DNA from: Octopus sinensis
Taxonomy: Eukaryota
Direction of reading: 5' to 3'
Length of the DNA stretch: 64,000 bases
NCBI RefSeq assembly: GCF_006345805.1
Contig: NC_043011.1
Location: 24,936,464-25,000,463 of the forward strand
The position numbers and the translations under genes were made by a program. The notes beneath the pieces are model-generated. The model saw only the letters and a list, made by a program, of their open reading frames with translations. It was not told the DNA's origin and did not search any database. Shown one piece after another: positions 51,568 through 63,616 of this stretch. Every line of letters starts with the position of its first letter. The first letter of the stretch is position 1.

Positions 51568-52309
51568 CTGTGACATAGCTGCTATAAAACACTTCCATGA
51601 TCTTCTCTTTCTGTTTCTTGAATTCACCAGGGTAGTCTGAAGTGCTGTCATTAGAACGTCGATCCAGGGAAGCTGTGCTGTGACGACCCCCTTCACTACT
51701 GTCATCATGGATGTCTAAATTGTTAAATACTTTAGAGAAGGGCTCACATCCTAGATAAATATTTTCGATGAACTGATGGTCCTCATAGATATCAGGAGGT
51801 AGGGTAAAAGTACTTTTGTGAACAAGGGAGTCGGTGATCCTTGACAATGCACAATCATAGATGTATACAGGAATCACAAAGTTTTCTTTCTTTTGGAACA
51901 TGGAAGTATCATACTCTAAATTTATGTCATCTGGAGGAAAATTAAAAGAACTATCTCCAGTAGAATGCACTGAAGTAGGTATATCACTGAGTGGGTCTGT
52001 TGAAGGAATATCATGTCCTAAAGTGGATAACAATGGTGGTACTTGTTGTTGGAATGGTTGAGAATAACCACCATGCAATGCAGATGGAGAAACATTTGGT
52101 TTGTTTGAGGAAATAGTTATCTGAGAAGGAGATAACGAGGTCTTTCCTTGTTCTGAAGTTTGAATCAAAGATGGCTGCTCTATTAAAGGAGATAAAGGAA
52201 AGTCCACTTGTGCCGGGGATTGTGGTGGAAAAGAATGAATTTGTGTTGGCTGTAAAGGAGAATGACTCATCCCTTGAGGTAAATTTTGGCTCTTTATATT
52301 TTGAGGGTT
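51568..52309 (-). CDS. SZT2: SZT2 long exon (742 nt, S/P/Q-rich then conserved block)
   Basis: ccaaag|...|gtgagt; NPQNIKSQ..FVIPVYIYDCALSRITDSL..EVFYSSYVT; phase 0 to 1. Confidence 0.9.
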
Positions 52310-54140
52310 CTTTGGAAAAAGAAAAAAATGATATATATTTTAATTTTTTAAAAATGCAAGTAATTTATGTGAAATTATGGAAATAATGCAATAGTAACAT
52401 AATTGTCTACATAATTAGGATGCTGGTTGAATAACAGAAGATTAGAATCATTACCATCTACATCATCATTTAACCCTTTAGTGTTCAAATTACTCTGCCA
52501 AGTGTAAAGCTTATTTATTCATATTGTTTTGAATTAGTCATGTATTGTCTTGTAAAGGAGTACAGCTTAGTGGTTAGGGTATTTGGCTTACAACTATAAG
52601 GTTGTGAGTTCAATTCCTGGTGATGTGTTCTTGAGAAAGACACTTTACTTTACGTTGCTCCAGTCCACTCAGCTGGCAAAATTGAGTAGTGCCTGTATTT
52701 CAAAGGGCCAACCTTGTCACATTCTATATCACACTGAATCTCCTTGAGAATTAGGAGTGCTCAGCCACTTGCACGTTAATCTCACAAGCAGGTTGTTCTA
52801 TTGATTGGATCAATTGGAACCCTTGTCATCATAACCAACGGAGCACCAGTTCAGTGCCAGAATTGTCTCATAGCTTTGAGATTTCAATAATGTCATTGTC
52901 TATTTCTAGGATGATATTGTAGGGTAGGTGTGAGAGGCTAGACCCAGTCAGTTTGAACTTAAAACAAGAGGCATATTTGGGCCAGATATGGCCAGTTTAA
53001 ATGCTAAATGGTTAATGTTCATTTTTCATGATGACATAGTTTCAACAGGAGCTGGCAAGCCAAAGGACTATGCTATGCTCTAATGTCTACTCTGACATGG
53101 TTTCTATGACTGGATGCCCTTCTTAATTCCAAGCACTTTACACAGCGTACTGGATGCTTTTTCACATGGCACTAGCATCAGTGAGATCACCCAGTAACTC
53201 ACAAGACAAGACTCCTCAGCTGAGTGAGGAGTACTATTGAGGTAGGTGGCTTTATGCGAGGTGATGAAAGGTAAAGAATGATAGAGGGACAGCATAAAAC
53301 ACTAATAATGATTTCCATCATTTCATAAAGTAATAATATCTACAAGGATGAATATATCTGTGTAAATGAAGTAGTTTGATGTCATCTATTTTCTATCAAT
53401 ATAATACTGTGCTCTTGCCTGGATCATAAAAGTAAATATAAGATGAAGAAACTAGCTCTGGGGTGATCCTGGAGCTATTCCTAGTTCTATAATACAAAAC
53501 CTCTCATTTTAAGGCATTCATATATAAATTAAAACCTTCCAGTATAATGATACTCGGGAACTTTTCTATCATTATGTTCTAAGCACCAGCTTACAGTACA
53601 TAACAGCCAGCTGCCATTCACAAGATGTTTGGTGATATGTACCATGTTTATGCTAATTGCTTTAGGTGCCAATGTAGTCATAAGCAGACTTAGATACTCT
53701 CTTAGCCTCCTCCCCTTTGACCCAGCAGCACATCTAGATGTTACCTGAACAGGTACATGGTGTGCCATGTGTCAGGTGTCAAAGTAATTTCAGAGCAATG
53801 TCAGATGAGGTGTTTTGCTCAAGAGCACAATGCATTACTCAGTCTGTGAATTGAAACCACCTATTTCTTTACTACCCACAAGGGGCTAAACACAGAGGGG
53901 ACAAACAAGGAAAGACAAATGGATTAAGTCGATTACATCGACCCCAGTGCATAACTGGTACTTAATTTATCGACCCCGAAAGGACGAAAGGCAAAGTCGA
54001 CCTCGGCGGAATTTGAACTCAGAACATAACGGCAGACGAAATACAATCATGAGTGCAACACTAGACCATGCACCCTCAACAATAATAACAACAACAACAA
54101 TAATAATAATTGTAAAAGAAATTACGAAAAAGGAACTTAC

Positions 54141-54499
54141 CAGTTCTGTTGTTGACAATGTTTCATTTGAAAGCCTTTCTTTACTTGATAACACCTCATC
54201 AGATAACTGATCAGATAACTTTTGACAATCTAAATCCCACTCTTTTACTGCAACAATCTCTAGATTATCATGCAATGTCTCAGTGAAGCTGCTGGATTTC
54301 AGAGTGAGCAAATCATCGAAAGATGCTGGGACAAATATCAGGAACATATGTGAATGGTTAATGTCTTGAATGAAGCAACACCATTTGGTTGGAGCAGCAT
54401 TGTTGCAGCCATCCTTACCAGTCATTGAATCTTTATTACCTGCATCTTTTGGTACTTCCTCCTGTCCACCTAGATTAGTTTTCTTATCACAAGAAGGCT
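54141..54499 (-). CDS. SZT2: SZT2 exon
   Basis: atctag|...|gtaagt; PSCDKKTNLGG..WCCFIQDINHSHMFLIFVPASFDDL..TTEL; phase 1 to 0. Confidence 0.87.
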
Positions 54500-55491
54500 C
54501 TAGATAAATAGAAGATGAAAAGCAAAAAAAATTTGGTATCATTTAATTTCAATAAAATATATTATATTTATTAAACTTAAAATTAAAAGGAATTAAGACA
54601 TTGTCATCATCATCATTGCCATCATCGTTATTATCAATAACAGCAACAACAAATTGGAAGCTATTGAAAAAAATATTAGAATTCATTTTAAATGACATAA
54701 CCTCCTATCTAAACTTCTCAAAGCATATTGTTTGGTGCTTAACTGCTTTTATTCCACCACCTCTCTCAATGAAAATATTCATTTCAAATTTTGGCACAAG
54801 GCCAGCAAGTTTGGAGAGGGGGTAGGTCAATTAAATCAACCTCAGCGCTCAACTGGTACTTATTTTAACAAGCCCAAAAGGATGAAAAGCAAAGTCAACC
54901 TTGGTGGCATTTGAACTCAGAATGTAAGGACAGCTGAAATGCTGCTAAACTTTTTGCCAGGTATGCTAACCATTCTGCCAGCTTGCCACATTTCTCAATG
55001 AAAATATTAAGGAACATTTCTGTTCTGAAATAGGTTTGTTGAGATTTGAGAGAAAGTAAAAGGAAGGACTCATTTGATAATACAGTCTCAGGCAGATGGT
55101 CAAAAGTGGAGGCATGTGCTTAATGGTTAGGATGTTGCACTCATGATTGTAAGATTGTGGTTTCAATTCCTAGACTAAGCAATATGTTGTGTTCTTGAAT
55201 GAAACACTTCATTTCATGTTGTTCCAGTCCTCTCAGCTGTCAAAAATGAGTAATCCTGTGGACAGGCGTCCCATTCAGGGAGAATATATATGTCACCAAA
55301 TCCAGAAAACCAGCCTTATGAGCCTATAGCTCAGTAACCACATCTGATCCTTTATTATTTTTTTTTTTGAGACAGATGGGATGGTCATTGCTGGAATGCC
55401 TATAATCATAGGTTTGCACTATTAGGGCTGACCTGGAACTAAGCAATAGCAAACAACAATTAAACAAATAAAAACAAAAAACTTTCTTTAC

Positions 55492-55701
55492 CAGATTCTT
55501 CATGCTGTGTTTCATTGAATAAAGAAGAAGCTGACATGGTTCTCTCAGTTTTTCGCTTTGTCAAGGATTTTGTAAATTCTTGACAGTCTTTCAGAGAGAG
55601 TTTGATTTCTCTACCATGAGATGCTTTCAGTTTGGCCAAAAAAATCTCAAACAAAATATTGTTTGGTGTTTTCCATTCTTTGTCAGGATATACAGAATGG
55701 T
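55492..55701 (-). CDS. SZT2: SZT2 exon
   Basis: tttcag|...|gtaaag; HSVYPDKEWKTPNNILFEIFLAKLKASHGREI; phase 1 to 1. Confidence 0.85.
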
Positions 55702-56269
55702 CTGAAAACAAAGCAGAAATTATTAACCACATTAATTTCATTTTAATATCAACTAGGTGAGGAAAACCATAATTCTTTTCAGCAACGCATTTCAGGTATT
55801 GAAACATTTAACTTTTTAGCATTCAGATTACTTTTGTCAAATATAATATTTATTCACATTGTTTTGAATGAATCATGCATTATCTCATAGTTTCAAGATT
55901 TCGATGATGAGAATATTTAATTTTAGAGAGACATTGTAGGATAAGTGTAAGAAACCAGATCTGACTGGTTTTAATATGAAACAGGTAGAGTATTTGGGTT
56001 GGATATGGCTGGTTTAAATACTGAAGGGGTAACCTTTTTGAAAGCAACCTGCCTGTTGTGTATAGATCTTACAAAATATACCACATTTTAAACTTTGCAC
56101 ATAGTATTGACAGTGACATCAAAGTTTCAGCCAGCTAAACCATCATCAAACTGTTTTATGATGGCTTAGTTGCCCGAAACTTTGGAGTCAATGTCGATAC
56201 TATTTTTGTTTAAAAAATACACACACATACACAAACAAACTACTTAATGACATAAACTACTATACTTAC

Positions 56270-56427
56270 TGACAGTATATGCAGAAAATAGCAACTGTGC
56301 TTGTTGGCAACGTGGAAGAAGGACCAGCAAATTGTATGGGAAGGGAATTGTGCAAACATGATTATTTGAAAGATTCAAGTAGGGATCTTCTGTTGGATCA
56401 TTAGGCTGGAACCTTTCTGAACCAGAA
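56270..56427 (-). CDS. SZT2: SZT2 exon
   Basis: ttctag|...|gtaagt; ..HVCTIPFPYNLLVLLPRCQQAQLLF; phase 2 to 1; not in ORF track. Confidence 0.87.
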
Positions 56428-56449
56428 CTAGAAATATAAAATTAAAGGA

Positions 56450-56454
<5 letters not shown>

Positions 56455-56506
<52 letters not shown>
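56455..56506. repeat. (GA)n microsatellite; a similar run lies at 12046-12101
   Basis: Uninterrupted GA run. Confidence 0.95.
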
Positions 56507-56512
<6 letters not shown>

Positions 56513-57225
56513 ATCAGTAGACAAATTATACATATATACATCTTGAGTAAATGACTTCAACTATAGCCTCGGGCTGACCAAAACCTTGTAAGCAGATTTG
56601 GTAGATGGAAACTGAATGAAGCGTGTCATATATGTGTGTGTGTGTCTTTGAGTTTCAGGATGTCCTCCACCGCTGCTTGACAACTGTTGTTGTATTTATG
56701 ACCCCTTAACTTAGTAGTTCCACAAAAGCAAACAATAGAATAAGTATGAGGCTTAAAAAACAAAACAAGTACTGGGGGCGATTCATTCAACTAAAAATGC
56801 TTCAAGGTGCAGACCAGTTTTCAGTGAAACCATCTAACCCATGCCAGCATATAAAACAGACGGATGATGATAATGAAGATTATGATGGCAATGATGACTA
56901 TAGACCTTAAGTATTAGATGCCCACCCACACAGTTCCATGTATTAGATGCCCACCCACACAGTTTCCCTGTACCAAATTCACTCACATGACATTGGTCAA
57001 TCTGGGGCTATAGTAGAAAACACCATTATAGATAATGTTTAATAGCAGTTATTAATGGGTCTTTCTGAAGCTACTGAGGAGTTACTGAGCAGCTCTAGAA
57101 ATGTTCTTTTTCCCATTTATTTAGTTGTTTCTGTAGATGACTTAGAAACATGGATTATGTAGGACAATGCTGGAGAAATAAGCAAGAACTTGACCGTGAT
57201 ATACTGCTATGGACACCTAACATGG

Positions 57226-57256
<31 letters not shown>

Positions 57257-58744
57257 CACACATATATATATATATATAGCTCAGTGGTTAGAGCGTCAAG
57301 CTTACGATCGTGAGGTTGTGAGCTCGAATCCTGGACCAGGCTGCATGTTGTGTTCTTAAGCAAGACACTTTATTTAACATTGCTCCAATTCACTCAGCTG
57401 TAGAAATGAGTTGCAACATCACTGGTGTCAAGCTGTATCAGCCTTTGCCTTTCCCTTGGATAACACTGGTGGCATGGAGAGGAGAGGCCGGTATGCATGG
57501 GCGACTGCTGGTCTTCCATAAACAACCTTGACCGGACTTGTGGGAGGGTAACTTTCTAGGTGCAATCCCATGGTCAGTGTCGTGACCGAAGGGGGTCTCA
57601 GAATATATGAGTTATTTATTCTGCAAAATCTTTCTTCAACCAGCTCTTTAATGATATAAGGTTTTGCTCCTAACCACCCTCTAAAAATCTCTATGTAAGA
57701 TTATGATGGGCAATGTAATAAATCCAAATAAGCTGGATTAGATGGTGAGGAAAGCTCAAAGTGAATTTAATCCAAGTGTTGTCAGAAAAATCTGTTCTAC
57801 ATAGACAGTAGTTAAGAGGAATTTCAACTGTCAAAAAATTTATAGGGTTAAAATAAAAGCCATGGCTGACTGCTTTTCAACTATTTTGCTGATGTAGTTG
57901 TTGCTTGTTATTTAGCTTTCACACTATTCTGTCAAATGTAAAGCTTATTTATCCACATTATTTTGAATTAATCACGCAGTATCTCATAGCTTTGAGATTT
58001 TGAGGAGGTGACTGTTAGCTTTTAGAATGATATTGTATGGTTGGTGTCAGAGATCACATCTGACCAGCTTGAATGTAAAAAAAAATGTAGAATATTTTGG
58101 CTGGATATAGCTAATTTAAATGATAAAGTGTTAGACTTAGGTCAGCTTTAAATGAGCTGAGAATGACGAAATGTGTCTCAGCTGTAACCAAAACATACTA
58201 AGGAAGGATAACGCTAAAATAGAGTAAAAAAAATTCTAAAATTTCAATTAAAACCTTGATCAAAGTCTAATTAAAAATTAATAATAAACTGAGGTTGTAG
58301 TTAGACAACATCAGCATAATATCATAACAATACATTGTGTTGGTGCCTCTTAGTCACCACATCGACCTGTTAGAAATAACAGCAAAATCTCCCTCAAATC
58401 ACACTCTACCAACTTGGATAGAAAAAAAAAGACCACATTGGGTAATGTAGATTTCGATACATAACATCAACCCCAGTATCTGACTGGTACTTTATTTTAT
58501 TGACCCAAAGAAGATAAATAGCAAAGTCCATCTTGGCAGGATTTGAACTCAGAATGTAAAGAGCTGGAAGAAATATTGCAAATCATCTTCTCCAATACAC
58601 TACTGATTTTGCCAGTTCACCATCTTAAATCTGAATTGAAAATGACTAGGGATTATTAGAGGTGATTTCAAAGTCCTACTCAAATACTCTTGTCAGTTTA
58701 AAAATCCAAGTCAATGCTACTATTAAGAGATTTAGATAACTTAC

Positions 58745-58875
58745 CAGTTTACACCACGGTTACTTGGATTAAAAGAAGAGTTTTCAAAGCTATGTCCTGG
58801 TTTGCTCTGACATACATAGATCAGATGTTCAAAAGTGGTCAAGCAAGAGATGGTTTCATAGTCCAGGCTGTAGAA
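58745..58875 (-). CDS. SZT2: SZT2 exon (first traced in window)
   Basis: tttcag|...|gtaagt; FYSLDYETISCLTTFEHLIYVCQSKPGHSF; phase 0 to 2. Confidence 0.85.
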
Positions 58876-61038
58876 CTGAAATTAAATAGAAAATACATTA
58901 CTTTTATGGATAAATCTAAAAGAGTCCTTAATTAATACTGAAAATAATAAAAATCCAGTAGATGCCAATGAAACAGTATTAAATTTAAATAACCATCTAT
59001 ATATCATGGTGAATGTGTATACCCTGTTGATAGGCCAATTACTGCAGTATTTGTACTGAGATAACATCTCTTATGGACATGCTATATTGAAAACACAAAA
59101 AAATATCTAAAAGGAGATGAAAATTCATTCCAGTGGTGGCCCATAAAAACACCAGATGCATTTTGGGTGTTTTAGACCTTTACAATGGTACATACTCAGT
59201 AAACCACATGATCAGATGAGAATTCCTCACCTCTACTATAGGGAAAAGTGAATAAATCATTCAAACATCCATAAGAGATGTTATAGCAAGATAACTATCA
59301 CAGTAACTGGCTGATCGACAGTGTGTATATATATATTGAGCATGATACTTAGATGGTTATAAAAACAATTCGTTTATTTTATGCTTAAACAAATAACATG
59401 AAACAATATTATTTCAGAAGATTCTTTGAACCTATTTGTGACTGTATTTCTAATGAAATACAACTGTTTCAATTTATTTTGAAAATAATCATATTGTGGA
59501 GAGATTTATTAAAATATCCAACTATTTCACGGTTGATTTCATGTTTCTGTTATCTTTATATTTTACTTGTTCCAGTCATTGGATTGCAGCCATTCTGAGA
59601 CACCACCTTGAAGGATTTAGTCAAATCGAACCCTAGTACTTACATTTCTTTTATAAAGTCTGACACTTATTCTATCAGTCTCTTTTGCTCCACTGCTAAG
59701 TTATAGGGACATAAACAAAACAACACCAGTTGTCATGTAGTAGGGTACAAACATGCACACGAGTGTGTAATATATACATCATCATCGTTTAGCGTCCGCT
59801 TAAACGATGATGATGATGACACACACATACACATGTCTATATATATATATACACACAACAGGGTTCCACACAGTTTCTATCAACCAAATTCACTTACAAG
59901 ACATTGCTAAACTCTATTGCTGAATTACTAAATTACAGGGATGTAAACAAACCAACACCCATTGTCAAGCCGTAGGAAGGGGCACACACACACACATGAT
60001 GGGTTTCCACACAGTTTCCATCCACCAAATTCACTCACACAGCGTTAGTCTGGTAAAAGGTACTCAACCTTGCGTTGTCATACATATCTACATACACACA
60101 AATATCTTTCCATTCAATTACATGTGTTCTGTTTTTCTCTTTTACTTGTTTCAATCATTACATTGTAACCATGCTGGAGCACCACCCTGAAAAAATATTT
60201 TAGTTGAATTAATTGATCCTAGTACTTAATTTTTGTTAAATCTGGTTCTTATTCTATCGATTTCTTTTGCCAAACCGCTAAGTTACATGGGATGTAAATG
60301 CACCAACACCAGTTGTTAGACAGTACTGGGAGCCAAACACATACACACACACACACATAAATACACATTCACACATATATTTATACATACAACACACTTC
60401 TTTCAGTTTCTGTCTGCCAAATCTGCTCACATGGTTTTGGTCGGCCCAAGCCTATAGTAGAAGACAACCAAGTTGTCATCCAGTGGGACTGAACCCAGGA
60501 CCATGTGATTGGGAAGTAAGCTTCTTACAAAACAGCCATGCAGCACCTATGTACAATTGTCAAATAACAATAATAAACTAAAATATTATTTGTCTTATGC
60601 AGTGGCAAACTTTTAAATCTCACATAACATGATAACACGTATATTTTCCAATACAATCAGTTCATTGAACATATGTAAAAATAACTATTTGAAATAATGA
60701 ATATATAGAAATGCAAAAGGCTTCCATTGAAATACGTATTGGTTCACTGTATTCCTGACAGCAAGAGTAACAAAGGAATGTTTCTAACTTGGTGCAGAAT
60801 ACATATAATAAGGATCTGTCTGTGTGTGTACGTACACACACACACACACACTATGACCACTAAAATCTACGAGTTTTTTTTCATTCTCTCTCTGTTTATT
60901 TTCCCTTATCCTTTCTGCTGAAGAGCATAGGCTCAAAACGTAAAAGACTTTTTTCATTTTCTCGAGCGTCAAACTAATACACATGCTTGTTATTCATACA
61001 CCTGTCTTCATATTTTGTTTTTCTATAAATTCCAACTC

Positions 61039-61079
<41 letters not shown>

Positions 61080-61324
61080 ACGCGCGCGCATGCATGTGTG
61101 TGTGTGTGAGAGATCATCATCATTTAACGTCTGTTTTCCATGCTGGCATGAGTTGAATGGTATGACAAGAGCTGGTATCCCTGAGGGCTGTACCAGGTTC
61201 CAGTCATCTGTTTTGGCATGGGTTCTATGGTTGGATGCCCTTCTTAATGCCAACCACTTCACAGAGTGCACTGGGAGAAGCCTACGTGACACCAACATGG
61301 GCACTTCTTACCAGATAGCACCAC

Positions 61325-61375
<51 letters not shown>

Positions 61376-61584
61376 TCACCCATTTTTCTGCAATATGAGT
61401 AGCACTGTAGCTCATCTACAGCATGCACCGTTCTGTTCAGGTCCCTTCTCTCACAGTTTAATCCCTCATCTCTTTGAATAAAGCCTCAGCTGTAGCCCTG
61501 CTCATTTGATGGGAGTTTTAGTCTTTACAAGCTACATATTTCTGTCTGTCTGTCTATCTCTGTGGTGTGTGTGTGTGTGTGTGT

Positions 61585-61626
<42 letters not shown>

Positions 61627-62830
61627 GATGAATGTATAGTCCCTTGTTATATTTAATCTACACAAAGTTAGAGACATTCTTTTGTTACTCAAGCCATCAG
61701 AGATGCAGTGAACCAGAATGTGTTTCAATGGAAACCTTTCAGGAAACATGGTATAGTTCGCAAATTGTGATGTAAGATTAACTATACATACTATAACTAT
61801 CTTAGAAGTTAGACATTTAAACTTTTCTTGAAAAGATTTGAAAATATATTCTATGGGTAAAGTACCTATTACCTTTACTACAGCCTAGACATTAGACCCG
61901 GAGAACAGTTATCAATGCTAGTTTGTGTGTTTGAGAGAGAGAGAAAATGTGTGTGAGAGAAAGAAGGTGGCAGAAGAATGTGTGTGTGTGTGTATGAGAG
62001 AGAGAAGTGAAAAGAGACAGAGAAAGAGGTAAGAGTATGGTGAGAAAGAGAGATAAGGATTGTGCGTGTGAGAGAAAGAAAGTGACAGAAGAATGTGTGT
62101 GAGAGAGAGTGAGAGAGAAAACATCAAACAAGAGAGAGAGTAATGTGTTCCTTTATTTAACTCATACAGTCTGACATTATAAAAGGGTTTACCTGTCAAT
62201 AAACAACAGAAAAAGTATATACGAGCAAGTAATTGATTTTAATACAGGCAACCCAGAGGACAATTTCATGAAGTGGTCAGTCGTTGCTGCAAGGAGTCTG
62301 AGACTTTCAATAGGTTAGCAGATATGTTAGTTATAACTTACAATTAATGGAAGTTATAACTAACATATTGTATTGTTCCCACAAATATAAATCCTGCCAC
62401 CTTGCTACTGGATTTCATTGAAAATTTTAGAGACGGCTACATATTTAGTGACACAAACAATAATGGAAATGAATGGCAAGATTTTACATAGAGCAAAGAT
62501 GTACTTGTTGTACACTTCTGAATTCAAACACAGTCAAATTACTAAAACAAACAGAGAAATCTTATAAATAGTTAAACCATGAATCCTAATCTGTTGACTG
62601 ACTTAACTAGCATATAGCCCACTGGACAGCTTTTTGAGAGGGTCCACTCTGTTGTAAGAATTCAGATCAGATACTGATTTGATATGATGATATGGTGCTT
62701 CTTAATATAGCGATCTCTTGAGTTATGACTTACTTATTTCCCCCCAACTCCATCAGTCTCAGAGTCACTATACACATCATGGGTACTATCCTTCAACCTA
62801 TGACTAAATCATAAGAATAAGAGAAAAAAA

Positions 62831-63240
62831 GGACCCTTTCAGTTTGAACGGTAGTTTTTTAAAATAATTTCCACATAACTAAATACTTTTAAACTTTGTA
62901 TACTGGTAGAATGTGTTTACAAAACATCTTTTTCTCCTGGCTTTATTGAGAAAATTCTATAGTTTGTAAGATATTTGTTGTTGTTTTTCTTCAATTTCTG
63001 CAATTTCAACCAATCAACGACGTCTATTGAGGTGAAAACATTTTGTGCCGTATGAATATGTCCCTCGTTTAAGAAACAGATTGGGTTTATTTACATTTCT
63101 GAAGAAAAAAGATACCCTTCCCCCTAACCCTAACCCTAAAACAAATTGAAATGCAATAGATCGATACAAGGGTCATAATTATGGGTGACAATTTCATATG
63201 ACACCGCTAAAAAAAACTGCCGTTCAAACCGAAAAGATCC
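62831..63240. mobile_element. MITE with ~33-bp TIRs and near-perfect 9-bp TSD (Mutator-like)
   Basis: TIRs ggaccctttcagtttgaacggtagtttttt / aaaaaactgccgttcaaaccgaaaagatcc; flanks agaaaaaaa and agaaaaaat; internal (CCCTAA)3. Confidence 0.7.
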
Positions 63241-63616
63241 AGAAAAAATATCTAATGGTAGGGGATTATCAAAGAGTTATCTAACCTGATTTATCTTGCA
63301 AAGCTATTCCCATTATATCCTTGGCTAATTTAATCACACATCCAAGTTTTTTCCAAAAAATGTTCATTATCAGTCATCATAAACCTTTAGTATTTCCAGA
63401 TATTCCTTTATTCTTTTACATGTTTCAGTCATCTGACTGCAGATATGCTGGAGCACTACCTTAAAGGGTTTTAGTTGGTAAACCTAGTAGTTATTCTATT
63501 AGTCTCTTTTGCCAAGCTGCTAAGTTATGGGAACATAAACGCACCAATATCGGTTGTCAAGTGATGGTGGGGGAGACAAAGACAGACAGACACACATATA
63601 TGTGCATTTATATATG

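Larger units (their letters stand above)
2746..58875 (-). other. SZT2: SZT2 (KICSTOR complex subunit) gene, internal part; 31 traced coding exons; extends beyond both window ends
   Basis: Chain of GT-AG exons with consistent phases. Peptides resemble recalled vertebrate SZT2 motifs in colinear order: HALRSVLHKFSVNNRKNMFV (cf. [20 protein letters not shown]), KLDDKVLDIISVML (cf. RLDEATLDVITVML), ALSYYLKQNLL (cf. ALAWYLRQNLL), IEWLLRDEI (cf. IRWLLEDEM), PLFVCFTC..LPTCL, MPNFWLILRV, GIACIAMAFVDE, YESGEKGFLHPVF. Confidence 0.92.

Noticed and set aside
53529-53768. 79-aa minus-strand ORF between two SZT2 exons
   Set aside because: The flanking exons already join in frame, and there is no recognisable similarity.
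63122-63139. (CCCTAA)3 as a telomere or fusion scar
   Set aside because: Only three units, and they are internal to a TIR-bounded element.
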